From Squalus acanthias (Eukaryota), in the NCBI GenBank assembly GCA_030390025.1, contig JASTWF010000336.1, forward strand, positions 434,001 through 498,000: 64,000 nucleotides of DNA. The letters are read 5' to 3'. Below are positions 12,060 through 24,992 of the stretch, piece after piece. Every line of letters starts with the position of its first letter. Within the stretch, counting starts at the first letter, position 1. The notes beneath the pieces were generated by a model, which was given only the letters and a program-made list of their open reading frames with translations, searched no databases and was not told where the DNA came from. The translations under genes were made by a program, and so were the position numbers.

Positions 12060-12751
12060 CTTTATTTAATTGGTGTCCGGAAGAGAGGTCTGAGCATGCG
12101 TGATAAACACTTGCCTGCTCCTCCCCCTCTCCCCGCACAGTGTTTGAACCGACGGGAAGGGCCCTGCGAACTCCCCTCCCCCAGCTCTGCCAGCGGGGGC
12201 CGTTTCCTCTGTGCTCGGCTGATGATGGTTGAACACATCAGGGAGCGGAGATATCACGGGCCCGAGTAAGGGAGCAAACAGCAGCGTCCTCACAGCAGCA
12301 CATCGCACTGGGACTGTGTCCGCAGATGGGCTTTGAGTCGGGGCTGTGTGTCAGAGGCAGAGTGGAACAGGAACTAGTTTCGGGACATGGAGTGAGTGGG
12401 GGAAGGGAGAGGCCATTCTCGGGCTGTGTGTGGACAGTGTAAGGTAATAGAAAAAGTAAATCACCTCGCTCTTTCAAATCATTGCTGATTTCTTCCCCCG
12501 AATCAGTAGTGAATGTTCCTGATTCAGTTCCAATCTCACCGTGTCTGTTGTTCTTGGACAGTGAACAGTGGAAACACAGCCTGACACTGAGGTTGCGAGG
12601 AGTTTCACAAAGTGCATCTATTGCAGGCACCAGGTGAGAAATGTGAAAGAACACACTCAAAAATGGGTTATTTTGTTTCGGTGTGTTGAGTTCTCCAGGG
12701 CCGTGTTCCTGGTGATCGGGAGATACATTGTCGCTCCCTCAGATACATCAG

Positions 12752-13421
12752 AAAACAAATCCAGCTTCTCCAACCTGTCCTTGTAACGAAGATCCCCCAT
12801 CCCCATAACCATTCTGGTAAATCTTCTCTGCACTCTCTCAAGGGCCTTCACATCCTTCCTAAAGTGTGGTGAGCAGAACTGGACGCAATACTCCAGTTGT
12901 GGCCTAACCAGCGCTTTATAAAGATTCAGCATAACTTCTCTACTTTTGTACTCAATACCTCTATTTATGAAATCCAAGATCCCATATGCTTTGCTAACCA
13001 CTCTCTCAATATGTCATGCCGTCTTCAGGGACCTATGCACAGTAACTCCCAGGTCCCTCTGTCCCTGCACACTCTTTAAAACTGTGCCATTAAGTGTATA
13101 TTGCCTCTCCCTGTTCCTTCATCCAAAATGCATCACCTCACACTTCTCTGTATTAAATTGCATCTGCCACTTGTCTGCCCATTCTGCTAGCCCTTCTATG
13201 TCCTTTTGCAGTCGATTGGTATCAACCTCACTGTCTGCGACACCCCCAGGTTTGGTGTCCTCTGCAAATTTAGAAATTCTACTTTGTAGTCCAATATCCA
13301 GGTCATTTATATCTATTAAAAATGCAGTGGCCCCAGCACTGACCCTTGGGGAACACTACTGTCTGCCATCCTCCAGTCTGAAAAACAGCCATTTACCACA
13401 ACTCGCTGTTTTCTGTCCTTA
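12752..13421 (-). mobile_element. CR1 LINE RT fragment
   Basis: Encodes [28 protein letters not shown]; near-identical to 58350-59005. Confidence 0.9.
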
Positions 13422-14028
13422 GACTGAAAACAATTGCTTGTGCAGCCCAGGTACCTGTGGTTATATTCCAGGAAGCTATCCAGAACTTCAGAGGTAGTCC
13501 AATGGGAATGGTAGATATAAATCTGGACTGTGCCAATCGGGTGGTCTCATTCATGGTCCAGTGCTGGATTTGGGTTGTGTCTGGATGCTGATAACTTACT
13601 ATAGAACCGTCCTACACACCTGATGTGGAGAATCTGAGTGCCGCTGTACTGCAGTGAGGTCAGACAATAACCCTGTTTGTATCGCGGTTTCCTCTCTCTA
13701 GATACTTTACTTTATTGAAAACAAATACGTTAATTATAACTTTATCTTTATATTCTACACACAACTGTCCATATCGTATAACTAATATTGTTCTCATATT
13801 GTTATTCTCGTAGCAAAGTACTTCAATGAGCCAAAATAAATGTGTTCTTTCCTCCACGCGGAACACGAGGAACAGTGCAGACAGCTCCTTCTCACACACA
13901 GTAAGTATATTATCACTCACAGAATGACAGATGGAGAAAGAATCACAATCACATACTGTAACTGAGATTGACAGACTGACAGATACAGAGGAAAACCCAC
14001 ACTCACATACCACAGATAGACAGATAGA

Positions 14029-15011
14029 CAATATATTAGTGATCTAGACGAGGGAACTAGATGTAATATCTCCAAGTTTGCAGACGACACAAAGCTGGGT
14101 GGGCGTGTGTGCTGTGAGGAGGATGCAGAGAAATTCCAGTATGATTTGGACAGGTTGGGTGATTGGGCAGATGCATGGCAGATGCAGTATAATGTGGATA
14201 AATGCGAGGTTATCCACTTTGGTGGCAAAAACAGGAAGACAGATTATTATCTGAATGGCAATAGATTGGGAAAAGGGGAAGTGCAACGAGACCTGGGTGT
14301 CCTTGTGCACCAGTCGCTGAAGGTAAGCATGCAGGTGCAGCAGGCGGTTAAGAAGGCAAATAGTATGTTGGCCTTCATAGCGAGAGGATTCGAGTACAGG
14401 AGCAAAAATGTCTTGCTGCAGTTGTACAGGGCCTTGGTGAGACCACACCTTGAGTATTGTGTGCAGTTTTGGTCGCCTTATCTGAGGAAGGATGTTCTTG
14501 CCATGGAGGGAGTGCAGCGAAGATTCATCAGACTGATACCTGGGATTGCAGGAATGATGTATGAAGAGAGATTGGGTCATTTGGCTTATATTCGCTAGAG
14601 TTTAGAAGAATGAGAGGGGATCTCATTGAAACTTATAAAATTCTAACAGGACTAGACAGACTAGATGCAGGAAGGATGTTCGCGATGGCGGGGGAGTCCA
14701 GAACCAGTGATCGCAGTCTCAGGATAAGGGGTAAGCCATTTAGGACTGAGATGAGGAGGAATTTCTTCACCCAGAGAGTGGTGAACCTGTGGAATTCTCT
14801 ACCACAGAAGGCAGTTGAGGGCAATTCATTAAATATATTCAAGAAGGAGTTAGATATATTTCTTAAGGCTAAAGGGATCAAGGGATATGGGGGGAAAGCT
14901 GGGACAGGGTACTGAGTTTGGATGATCAGCCATGATCTCATCAAATGGCGGAACAGGCTCGAGGGGCCGAATGGCCTACTCCTGCTCCTATCATCTATGT
15001 TTCTATGTTTC
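14029..15011 (+). mobile_element. CR1 LINE 3' fragment
   Basis: FADD to RNFFTQRVV coding remnant plus 3' UTR/tail; near-identical to 10762-11745. Confidence 0.92.
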
Positions 15012-18000
15012 CATGTTATATTCCAGGAAGCGATGCAGAATTTTACAGGTAGTCCCATGAGAATGGGAGATATAAACCTGGACTGTGCCAATCGGGTGGT
15101 CCCATTCATGGTCCAGTGCTGGGTTTGGGTTGTGTCTGGATGCTGATAACTTACTATAGAACCGTCCTACACACCTGGTGTGGAGAATCTGAGTGCCGCT
15201 GTACTGCAGTGAGGTCAGAGAATGACACTGTTTGTATCTCGGTTTCCTCTCTCCAGATACTTTACTTTATTATAAACAAACACATTCATTATAACTTTAT
15301 TTTTATATTCTACAGCACCTGTCCATATCTTATAACTAATATTGTTCTCTTAAGCAAAATACTTCAATGAACCTGAATAAATGTGATCTTTCCTACACCC
15401 GGAACACAAGGAACAGTGCAGGCAGCTCCTTCTCACACACAGTAAGTACATTATCACTCACACAGCAGAGAGACACAGAACTGGCCTCAATCCTATTATC
15501 ACAGGCAGCAGAAGCAGTCAGTCCCACAGTGATCTGAATTCCCAGAGTTACATTACTAATCTCACAGTCACTTGCAGCAGTAGAATAAGATGTTGTTTCA
15601 AAGTCGATTCATATCGCAATGACAGGCAGATCTATTTTCACTCCCTCACACACACTCACGAACAGATAGACACTGATACGGTGTCAATCCACACTGCTGG
15701 CTGTACACAGACTCTCAAACCCAACAACTAACAGACAAGACCAGAGAATCGGAGGTAATGGACTGAAACAAACCTCCTCCTGATTCAGTCTCAGATAATC
15801 TCAAAATAGCATACGCCTGCACAAGCTGGAGAAAGAATGGCATCCAACAGTCACACAGAGCAAGAATAGTACATTACAAGAGACTGTAAATTACATAATT
15901 CAGTCGGGGTAAGTTCAGTGGCCGTCGGGGCAGATTTTAAGAGGGAGAGTGGAGCAGGAACTAGTTCCGGAACATGGAGTGAGTGGGGGAAGGGAGAGGC
16001 CATTCTCGGGCTGTGTGTGGACAGTGTAAGGTAACAGAGAAAGTAAATCACCTCGCTCTTTCAAATCATTGCTGATTTCTTCCTCCAAATCAGTAGTGAA
16101 TGTTCCTGATTCAGTTCCAATCTCACCGTGTCTGTTGTTCTTGGACAGTGAACAGTGGGAACACAGCCTGAGAGTGAGGTTGTGAGGAGTTTCACAAAGT
16201 GCATCTATTGCAGGCACCAGGTGAGAAATGTGAAAGAACACATTTCAAAAATGGGTTATTTCGTTTCGGTGTGTGGAGTTCTCCAGAGCCGTGCTCCTGG
16301 TGATCAAGAGATACATTGTCGCTCCCTCAGATAAGTCAGGATCCGAGCTCAGACATTCTGTTAACTACACAGGCCCTCAACTCGGTTTCAATAGATTGAA
16401 AATAATTGTTGTACAGCCCAGCTACCTATGGAATTATTCCAGGAAGCAATTCAGAATTCACAGGTAGCCCCATGGGAATGGGAGATGTAAAGCTGGACTG
16501 TGCCAATCGGGTGGTCCCATTCATGGTCCAGTGCTGGGTTTGGGTTGTGTCTGGATGCTGATAACTTACTATAGAACCGTCCTACACACCTGGTGTGGAG
16601 AATCTGAGTGCCGCTGTACTGCAGTGAGGTCAGACAATGACACTGTTTGTATCGCGGTTTCCTCTCTCCAGATACTTTATTATAAACAAACACATTAATT
16701 ATAACTTTATTTTTATATTCTCCCAGCACCTGTCCATATCTTATAACTAATATTGTTCTCTTATTATTCTCAGAGCAAAATACTTCAACGAGCCAGAATA
16801 AAAGTGATCTTCCCTACACCCAGTCACAAGGAACAGTGCAGGCAGCTCCTTCTCACACACAGTAAGTACATTATCACTCACAGAGCACAGAGACACAGAA
16901 CTGGCCTCAATCCTATTATAACAGGCAGCAGAAGCAGTCAGTCCCACAGTGATCCGAATTCACAGAGTTACATTATGAATCCCACAGTCACTTGCAGCAG
17001 TAGAATAAGATGTTGTTTCAAAGTCCAAACATCTCGCAATGACAGGCAGATCCATTTTCACTCCCTTACTCACACACACAAACAGATAGACACTGATACG
17101 GTGTGAATCCGCACTGCTGGCTGTACACGGACTGTCAAACCCAACAACTAACAGACAAGACCAGAGAATCGGAGGTAATGGACTGAACCAAATCTCCTCC
17201 TGAGACAGTCGCAGGTAATCTCAAACTAGCATCGGCCTACACAAGGTGGAGAAGGAATGGAATCCAACAGTCACACAGAGCAAGAATAGTACAGTACAAG
17301 AGACTGTAAATTACATAATGAATCTCACACTCACCTACATTACCAGTCTAACAGATACAGAATCAATCCCACACTCACAAAGCAGAGACAGACAGGTACA
17401 AAGTAAAATCCACACTCACTCCAGAAACTGACAGGTGCAGACAAAACTCCACATCCATATACTAGAAACTGAGCTAGAGTAAAATCCACGCACACATCCG
17501 AGTGACCGATAGCTAGAGTAAAACCCACACTAACATACCAGGTTGACAGCTATAGATAAAATCAACACTCACTTAAAAGAGACTGACAGATACAGAGTGA
17601 AACTCGCACTCATCCCAGAGAGTGACAGGTACAGGGTGAAACCCACACTCACAAACATAGACTGGCAGACACAGACTGAAATCCACACTCCCCTACCAGA
17701 AACAGGCAGCGACTGATTAAAACCTTTACTCATATAACAGAAACTGACAGGTACAACATAAAACCCCACTCACGTACTAGGAACTGACATTTACAGAGAT
17801 AGTACCACACTCACATACAAGAGACAGAAAGTTACAGAGTGAAATCCACACTCGCACACCAGAAGCTGACAGATACAGAATAAAATCCCAGAGACTGACA
17901 GGTACAGAGTAAAGCCCGCACTCACATTCCAGACTCTGAATGATACAGATACAGATTAATGCCATTACTCACAAACAAGTGACTTACAGATGCAGACTAA

Positions 18001-18317
18001 ATTCCACACTCCACTCCCAGAAACTGTCAGGTACTGAATAAAACCCTTACTCTTACAAAAAAAATTAACAGTTACAGCATAAAGCTCCCACTCACATACC
18101 AGAGACTGTCAGATAGAGTGAAACTCACACTCACATACCAGAGACTGTCAGATACAGAGGGAAACTCACACTCACATACCAGAGACTGTCAGATACAGAG
18201 TGAAACTCACACTCACATACCAGAGACTGTCAGATACAGAGTGAAACTCACACTCACATACCAGAGACTGTCAGATACAGAGTGAAACTCACATTCACAT
18301 CCTTGAAACTGTCAGCT

Positions 18318-19040
18318 ATAAGAAAATAAGAAATAGGAGCAGGAATAGGTCACACAGCCCCTCAAGCTGCTCCGCCATTCACTAAGATCATGGCTGAACT
18401 TCAACCACAACTCCAATATCCCACCCTCTCCCGATATCCCTTGATTCCCTTAGTGCCCAAAATTCTATCGATCTCAGTCTTGAATACACTCATCGACTGA
18501 GCTTCCACAGCCCTCTGGGGTAGAGAATTCCAAAGATTCACAACCCACTGAGTGAATACATTTCTCATCATCTCAATCCTAATTGGCCGATGCCTTATCG
18601 TGAGACGATGACCCCTAGTTCTAGACTTTCCTGCCAGGGGAAACAGCCTCGCAGCATCTACCCCTGTCAAACTAATAAGAATTTGAAATGTTTCAATGAG
18701 ATCACCTCTCATTCTTCTAAACTCCAGAGAATATAGGCACATTTTGCTCAATCTCTCCTCATAGGACAGCCCTCTCATCCCAGGAATCAATCTGGTGAAC
18801 ATTTGTTGCACCTTCTAAACCTAGTATAACCTTCCTTATATAAGGAGAACAAAATGTACAAAGTACTCAAGTTATGGTATAACCAAAGGCCTATGTAATT
18901 CCAGCAACACTAACTTATTTGTTTACAGCAACCCCTTTGCCATAAAGGCTAATGTACCATTTACCTTCCCAATCGATTGTTGTACCTGCATGTTAACTTC
19001 CTGCGATTCTTGTAAAAGGACACTCAAATCCCTCTGAATA
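18318..19040 (-). mobile_element. CR1 LINE 3' fragment
   Basis: LYSLEFRRMRGDLIE...WNSLP on the minus strand plus reversed CR1 tail. Confidence 0.9.
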
Positions 19041-20809
19041 GGGACAGAGGGAAACCCACACTCACATACCAGAGACTGTCAGGGACAGAGTAAAATCCTC
19101 AATCATACAACAGATACTGGCAGATACATAATGCAACCCACTCACACATACCAGAAACCACAGGAACAAAATAAAGCACATACTCACATACCAGACACTG
19201 ACTGATACAAAGAAAAACCCACACTCACATCCCAGAGACAGACAGATACAGAATAAAACACACACACACATGGCAGAAACTGACAATTACAGACAAAAAC
19301 CCACACTCACATCCCAGAGTATGACAGATATAGAGTAAAACCCACCCTCGCACACTAAAGATTAACAGATACAGAGTAAAACACACAGTCACATCCCAGA
19401 GTATGACAGATACAGATTAAAACCCACACACACATCCCAGAATATGACAGATACAGAGTAAAACACACACTCACATCCCAGAGTATGACAGATACAGAGT
19501 AAAACACACACTCACATCCCAGAGTATGATATATACAGAGTCACCCACACACATCCCAGATTATGACATTTACAGGTTAAAACCCACACAAACATCCCAG
19601 AGTATAGCATATACAGTGTAAAACCGACACTCATATCCCAGAAACTAGCAGGTACTGATTCCAATCCTCACACATATAACAGTAACTAAAAGGTACATAA
19701 TACAAACCACTCGCACATACAAGAAACCAAAAGGTGCAGAATAAAGCCCATCCTCACAAACCAGACACTGACAGGTACAAAGAAAAACGCACACTCGGAT
19801 ACCAGAGACTGACAGATACAGAATAAACTCACTCTCACTCACCTGTGACTGACTGATCCAGAAGAATCCCACACTCACATACCAGAAGCTGACAGGTACA
19901 TAGTAAAACCCACCTTTGCATACCAGAAACAGAAGATAGTGAAAAAGACACTCACATAGCAGAGACTGACAGATAAATTCTAAAACCCACACTCCCGCAC
20001 CAGAAACTTACAGATTCAGCGTAACCCTTTCTTCCACAGCAGAAATTGACAGGTAGAAAGGAAAAGCCACACTCATGTATCAGAAACTAACTGGTACAGA
20101 GTAAAACCAGTAATAGCATACCAGAGACCGATGGGTACAGAATAGAACCCACATTCACAAACCAGAGACTGATTGATGCACAGTAAAACTCACAATCACA
20201 TATCACAAACAGCCAGTTATAGCATAAAACCCACACTCACATGTCAGACACTGATAGATAGAGAATAAAAAATGCATTCAAATACCATAGACAGACAGAC
20301 ACAGACTAAAACCCACATTCACAAACCAAAGGCTGACAGATACAGAATAAAACCCATTCTCAGAGAAGAGAAATTGAAAGATGCAGAATAAAACACACAC
20401 TCACATATCAGAGACTGACTGGTAGAGTAAAACCCATAATTCACATATCTGAAACTGATAGTACAGGGTAAAACCCACATTCACGTACCAGAGACTGACA
20501 GGTACAGGTTGAATCACACACTGACACAGAGTATCAGAGGGTGACAGACACAGAATGAATCCCAAACTCACATACAGTAACAGGAAATGATAGACACAAT
20601 GAATCCCACACTGTCACAGATTATTAAAGACTGACTGGTACAGAATGAATCTCACTCTCACACATAATCCAGAGACTGACAGAGAATGTACCTCACTGTC
20701 ACATAAAGTACCAGAAACTGACAAATACAGAATCAATCACACAATGACAAGAGTATTAGAATGAGAAGTCGCACAACACCAGGTTATAGTCCAACAGATT
20801 TATTTAAAA

Positions 20810-20851
20810 TTACAAGCTTTCGGAGCTATCGATCGCCCCTTCTTCAGGTAA
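20810..20851 (-). ncRNA. Minimal type I hammerhead ribozyme (inverted pLTR copy)
   Basis: Exact reverse complement of 23108-23149. Confidence 0.75.
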
Positions 20852-21265
20852 AGTTACTGTGAGTGAATCTACAAAAATTCACAGAATATAAACACAGAGA
20901 AAATGCAGAGATACAATCTTTCCTTACATCAAAGACACACTAAGAGCACAGCCAAGACAATGAGATGTGTCCCAGGGGGTCCAATGTGTCAAAACCTGCT
21001 GTCTGCATATCCTCTCCATTTGGGTTTGTTTTTTGTGTTTGTTTTTTTTTAAAAAGTGGAAAGACAGACAACGATGTCAAGTCACGTTCTGTAGCGTGAC
21101 ATGAACCCGATATCCCTATTGAGGCCGTCCTCATGAGTGCGGAACTTGGCTATCAGTTTCTGCTCGATGATTTTGCGTTGTCGTGTATCTCGAAGGCCGC
21201 CTTGGAGAACGCTAACCCGCAGATCCGAGGCTGAATGCCCTTGACTGCTGAAGTGTTCCCCGACT

Positions 21266-22865
21266 TGTTCCGCGTAGGAGACTTTTACTGCCTCCCAAAG
21301 ATACACAAAGCCAACACACCCGGACGCCCTATCGTATCAGGCAACGGAACCCTGTGTGAGAACCTCTCTGGGTACGTCGAGGGCATCCTGAAACCCATCG
21401 TACAGGGAACCCCCAGCTTCTGTCGCGACACTACAGACTTCTTGCAGAAACTCAGCACCCATGGACCAGTTGAACCAGGAACACTCCTCGCCACGATGGA
21501 CGTATCGGCACTCTACACCAATATCCCCCACGATGACGGCATCGCTGCGACAGCCTCAGTACTCAACACCAACAACAGCCAATCTCCAGCCGCCATCCTA
21601 CAACTCATCCACTTCATCCTTGACCACAATGCCTTCACCTTCGACAACCAGTTTTTTACCCAAACACACGGAACAGCCATGGGGACCAAATTCGCACCCC
21701 AATACGCCAACATCTTCATGCACAAGTTCGAGCAAGACTTCTTCGCTGCACAGGACCTCCAACCAACGCTGTACACCAGATACATCGACGACATCTTCTT
21801 CCTTTGGACCCACGGCGAAGGATCACTGAAAGGACTACACGATAGCATCAACAGGTACCATCCCACCATCAAACTCACCATGGACTACTCCTCAGAATCG
21901 GTTTCATTCTTGGACACACGAATCTCCATCAAAGACGGACGCCTCAGCACTTCACTCTACCGCAAGCCCACGGACAACCTCACGATGCTCCACTTCTCCA
22001 GCTTCCACCCTAACCACGTTAAAGAAGCCATCCCCTATGGACAAGCCCTGCGAATACACAGGATCTGCTCAGACGAGGAGGAACGCGATGGACACCTACG
22101 GACACTGAAAGACGCCCTCGTAAGAACGGGATATGACGCTCGACTCGTCGATCGACAGTTCCGACGGGCCACAGCGAAAAACCGCATAGACCTCCTCAGA
22201 AGACGAACACGGGACACAACCAACAGAGTACCCTACGTCGTCCAGTACTTCCCGGAGCGGAGAAACTACGCCATGTTCTTCGCAGCCTTCAACATGTCAT
22301 CGATGACGACGAACACCTTGCTAAGGCCATCCCCACGCCTCCACTACTCACCTTCAAGCAGCCGCCTAACCTCAAAAGTACCATCGTTCGCAGCAAATTA
22401 CCCAGCTGTCAGGAGAACAGCGACCACGACACCACACAACCCTGCCACGGCAACCTCTGCAAGACATGCCAGATCATGAACACAGATACCGTCATCACAC
22501 GTGAGGACACTACCCACCAGGTACATGGTACATACACATGTGACTCGGCCAACGTTGTCTACCTGATACGTTGCAGTAAAGGATGCCCCAGAGCATGGTA
22601 CATCGGCGAGACCATGCAGACACTGAGACAACGTATGAACGGACACCGCGCAACAATCGCCAGGCAGGATGGTTGCCTCCCAGTCGGGGAACACTTCAGC
22701 AGTCAAGGGCATTCAGCCTCGGATCTGCGGGTTAGCGTTCTCCAAGGCGGCCTTCGAGATACACGACAACGCAAAATCATCGAGCAGAAACTGATAGCCA
22801 AGTTCCGCACTCATGAGGACGGCCTCAATAGGGATATCGGGTTCATGTCACGCTACAGAACGTGA
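21266..22865 (+). pseudogene. Penelope RT + GIY-YIG ORF, 5'-truncated, with one frameshift at ~22252
   Basis: ORFs 21235-22479 and 22476-22865 join if one C is added in TTCCCGGAGCGGAG (giving FPGAEKLR). Confidence 0.85.
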
Positions 22866-23107
22866 CTTAACATCGTTGTCTGTCTTTCCAGTTTTTTACA
22901 AAAACAAACACAAAAAACAAACACAAAAAACAAACCCAAATGGAGAGGATATGCAGACAGCAGGTTTTGACACGTTGGACCCCCTGGGACACATCTCATT
23001 GTCTTGGCTGTGCTCTTAGTGTGTCTTTGATGTAAGGAAAGATTGTATCTCTGCATTTTCTCTGTGTTTATATTCTGTGAATTTTTGTAGATTCACTCAC
23101 AGTAACT

Positions 23108-23149
23108 TTACCTGAAGAAGGGGCGATCGATAGCTCCGAAAGCTTGTAA
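23108..23149 (+). ncRNA. Minimal type I hammerhead ribozyme in the Penelope pLTR
   Basis: ttac-CTGAAGA-A-GGGGC(gatcgata)GCTCC-GAAA-GCTT-gtaa: stem I ttac/gtaa, 5-bp stem II, palindromic stem III (AAGCTT). Confidence 0.78.
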
Positions 23150-23477
23150 TTTTAAATAAATCTGTTGGACTATAACCTGGTGTTGTGCGACTTCTCATTT
23201 TTGTCCACCCCAGTCCAACGCCGGCATCTCCGCATCAAGAGTATTAGAGACAGACATACAGAATGATTCTCACTCTCACACACAGTACCGGAGACTGAGA
23301 GACACAGCATTAATCTAAATCTCACATAGAGCTCCAGAGACTGACAGATATAGAATTAACCTCACTCCCACATACAGTATCAGAGATTGTCATTTACAGA
23401 ATTAATCTAACTGTCACATACAGTATCAGAGACTGACAGATCCAGAATTAATCTATCTCTCACATACAATGTACAGA

Positions 23478-23717
23478 GATCGATAGACTTTTGAATATTA
23501 AGGCAATCAAGGGATATGGGGATAGTTCAGGAAAGTGGAGATGAGGTAGAAGATCAGCCATGATCTTATTGAATGGCGGAGCAGGCTCGAAGGGCTAAGA
23601 GGCCGACTCCTGCTCTTATTTCTTTTGTTCTTATGTTCTTATGTTCTAATTGATTGTTGTACCTGCATGTTAACTTTCTGTAATTCATGTAAAAGGACAC
23701 TCAAATCCCTCTGAATA
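23478..23717. mobile_element. CR1 3' end (+) joined to a short inverted CR1 fragment; same junction repeated at 62718-63020
   Basis: ATCAAGGGATATGGG...CTTATGTT tail followed by a sequence matching 18972-19040. Confidence 0.75.
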
Positions 23718-24171
23718 GGGACAGAGGAAAACCCACACTCACATACCAGAGACTGTCAGGGACAGAGTAAAATCCTCAATCATATAACAGAAACTGACAG
23801 ATACATCATACAATCCACTCACACATACCAGAAACCAACAGGTACAAAATAAAGCCCACACTCACATACCAGACACTGACTGGTACAAAGAAAAACCCAC
23901 ACTCACATCCCAGAGACAGACAGGTACAGAGTAAAACACACACACACGTGGCAGAAACTGAGAACTAAAGACAGAAACCCACACTCACATCCCAGAGACA
24001 TAAGAATTAGAAGCAGGAGTAGGCCGTACGGCCCCTCGAGCATCACAGATACAGAATAAAGCCACAGTCACACACCAGGGACTGTCAGGTACAGAATGAC
24101 CACCCACTCTTCCATACCAGAAACTGACAGGTAAAGATTAAAACCCACCCTCGCACACGAAAGACTAACAG

Positions 24172-24992
24172 AACAGTGGCAAATAGAATTTAACCCTGAA
24201 AAGTGTGAGGTGATGCATTTTGGGAGGACTAAGAAGGCAAGGGAATACACAATGAATGGTAGGACCCTAGGAAGGACAGAGGATCAGAGGGACCTTGGTG
24301 TGCATGTACATAGATCCCTGAAGGCAGCAGGACTTGCAGATAAGGTGGTTAGGAAGGCATATGGGATACTTGCCTTCATTAGTCGAGGCATAGAATATAA
24401 GAGCAGGGAGGTTATGATGGAGCTGTACAAAACGCTAGTTAGGCCACAGCTGGAATACTGTGTGCAGTTCTGGTCGCCACACTATAGGAAGGATGTGATT
24501 GCATTGGAAAGGGTGCAGAGGAGATTCACCAGGATGTTACCTGGGCTGGAGCGCTTCAGCTATGAAGAGAGACTGGGTAGGCTGGGGTTGTTTTCCTTAG
24601 AGCAGAGAAGGCTGAGGGGGGACCTGATTTGAGGTGTACAAAATTATGAGGGGCATAGATAGGGTAGATAGAAAGGAACTTTTCTCCTTAGTAGAGGGGT
24701 CAATAACAAGGGGGCATAGTTTCAAGGTAAGGGGCAGGAGGTTTAGAGGGGATTTGAGGAAAAACTTTTTCACCCAGAGGGTGGTTGGAATCTGGAACTC
24801 ACTGCCTGAAAGGATGGTAGAGGCAGGACCCTCACAACATTCAAGAAGCATTTAGATGAGCACTTGAAACGCCATAGCATACAAGGCTACGGACCAAGTG
24901 CTGGAAAATGGGATTAGAATAGACAGGGCTTGATGGCCGGTGCGGACACGATGGGCCGAAGGGCCTCTTTCTGTGCTGTATAAATCTATGAC
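24172..24992 (+). mobile_element. CR1 LINE 3' fragment (different subfamily)
   Basis: KCEVMHFG...[15 protein letters not shown]...KNFFTQRVV plus 3' UTR. Confidence 0.9.

Larger units (their letters stand above)
12104..17340. repeat. Tandemly repeated ~1.4-kb spacer unit (about three partial/complete copies interrupted by CR1s); further copies at 52113-54670 and 60000-60800
   Basis: Block GGACTGTGCCAATCGGGTGGTC...AGAACCGTCCTACACACC recurs at ~13525, 15080, 16495, 53829 and 60262. Confidence 0.9.
20761..23236 (+). mobile_element. Penelope-like element: inverted pLTR arm (20761-21265) + 5'-truncated RT/GIY-YIG ORF + 3' pLTR and tail; TSD AAGAGTATTAGA
   Basis: RT motifs FYCLPKIHK, GRPIVS, GTAMG, YIDD; GIY-YIG VVYLIRC..WYIGET; TSD at 20749-20760 and 23237-23248; 20761-21265 is the reverse complement of 22682-23198. 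Confidence 0.95.

Noticed and set aside
16564..16600. Minus-strand 20-nt micro-exon (CAG|GTGTGTAGGACGGTTCTATA|GTAAGT) in the spacer unit
   Set aside because: Isolated, weak pyrimidine tract, no partner exons found; could be chance
18091..18300. Regular ~41-bp repeats resembling a CRISPR array
   Set aside because: Head-to-tail units with no unique spacers, no cas genes, eukaryotic context
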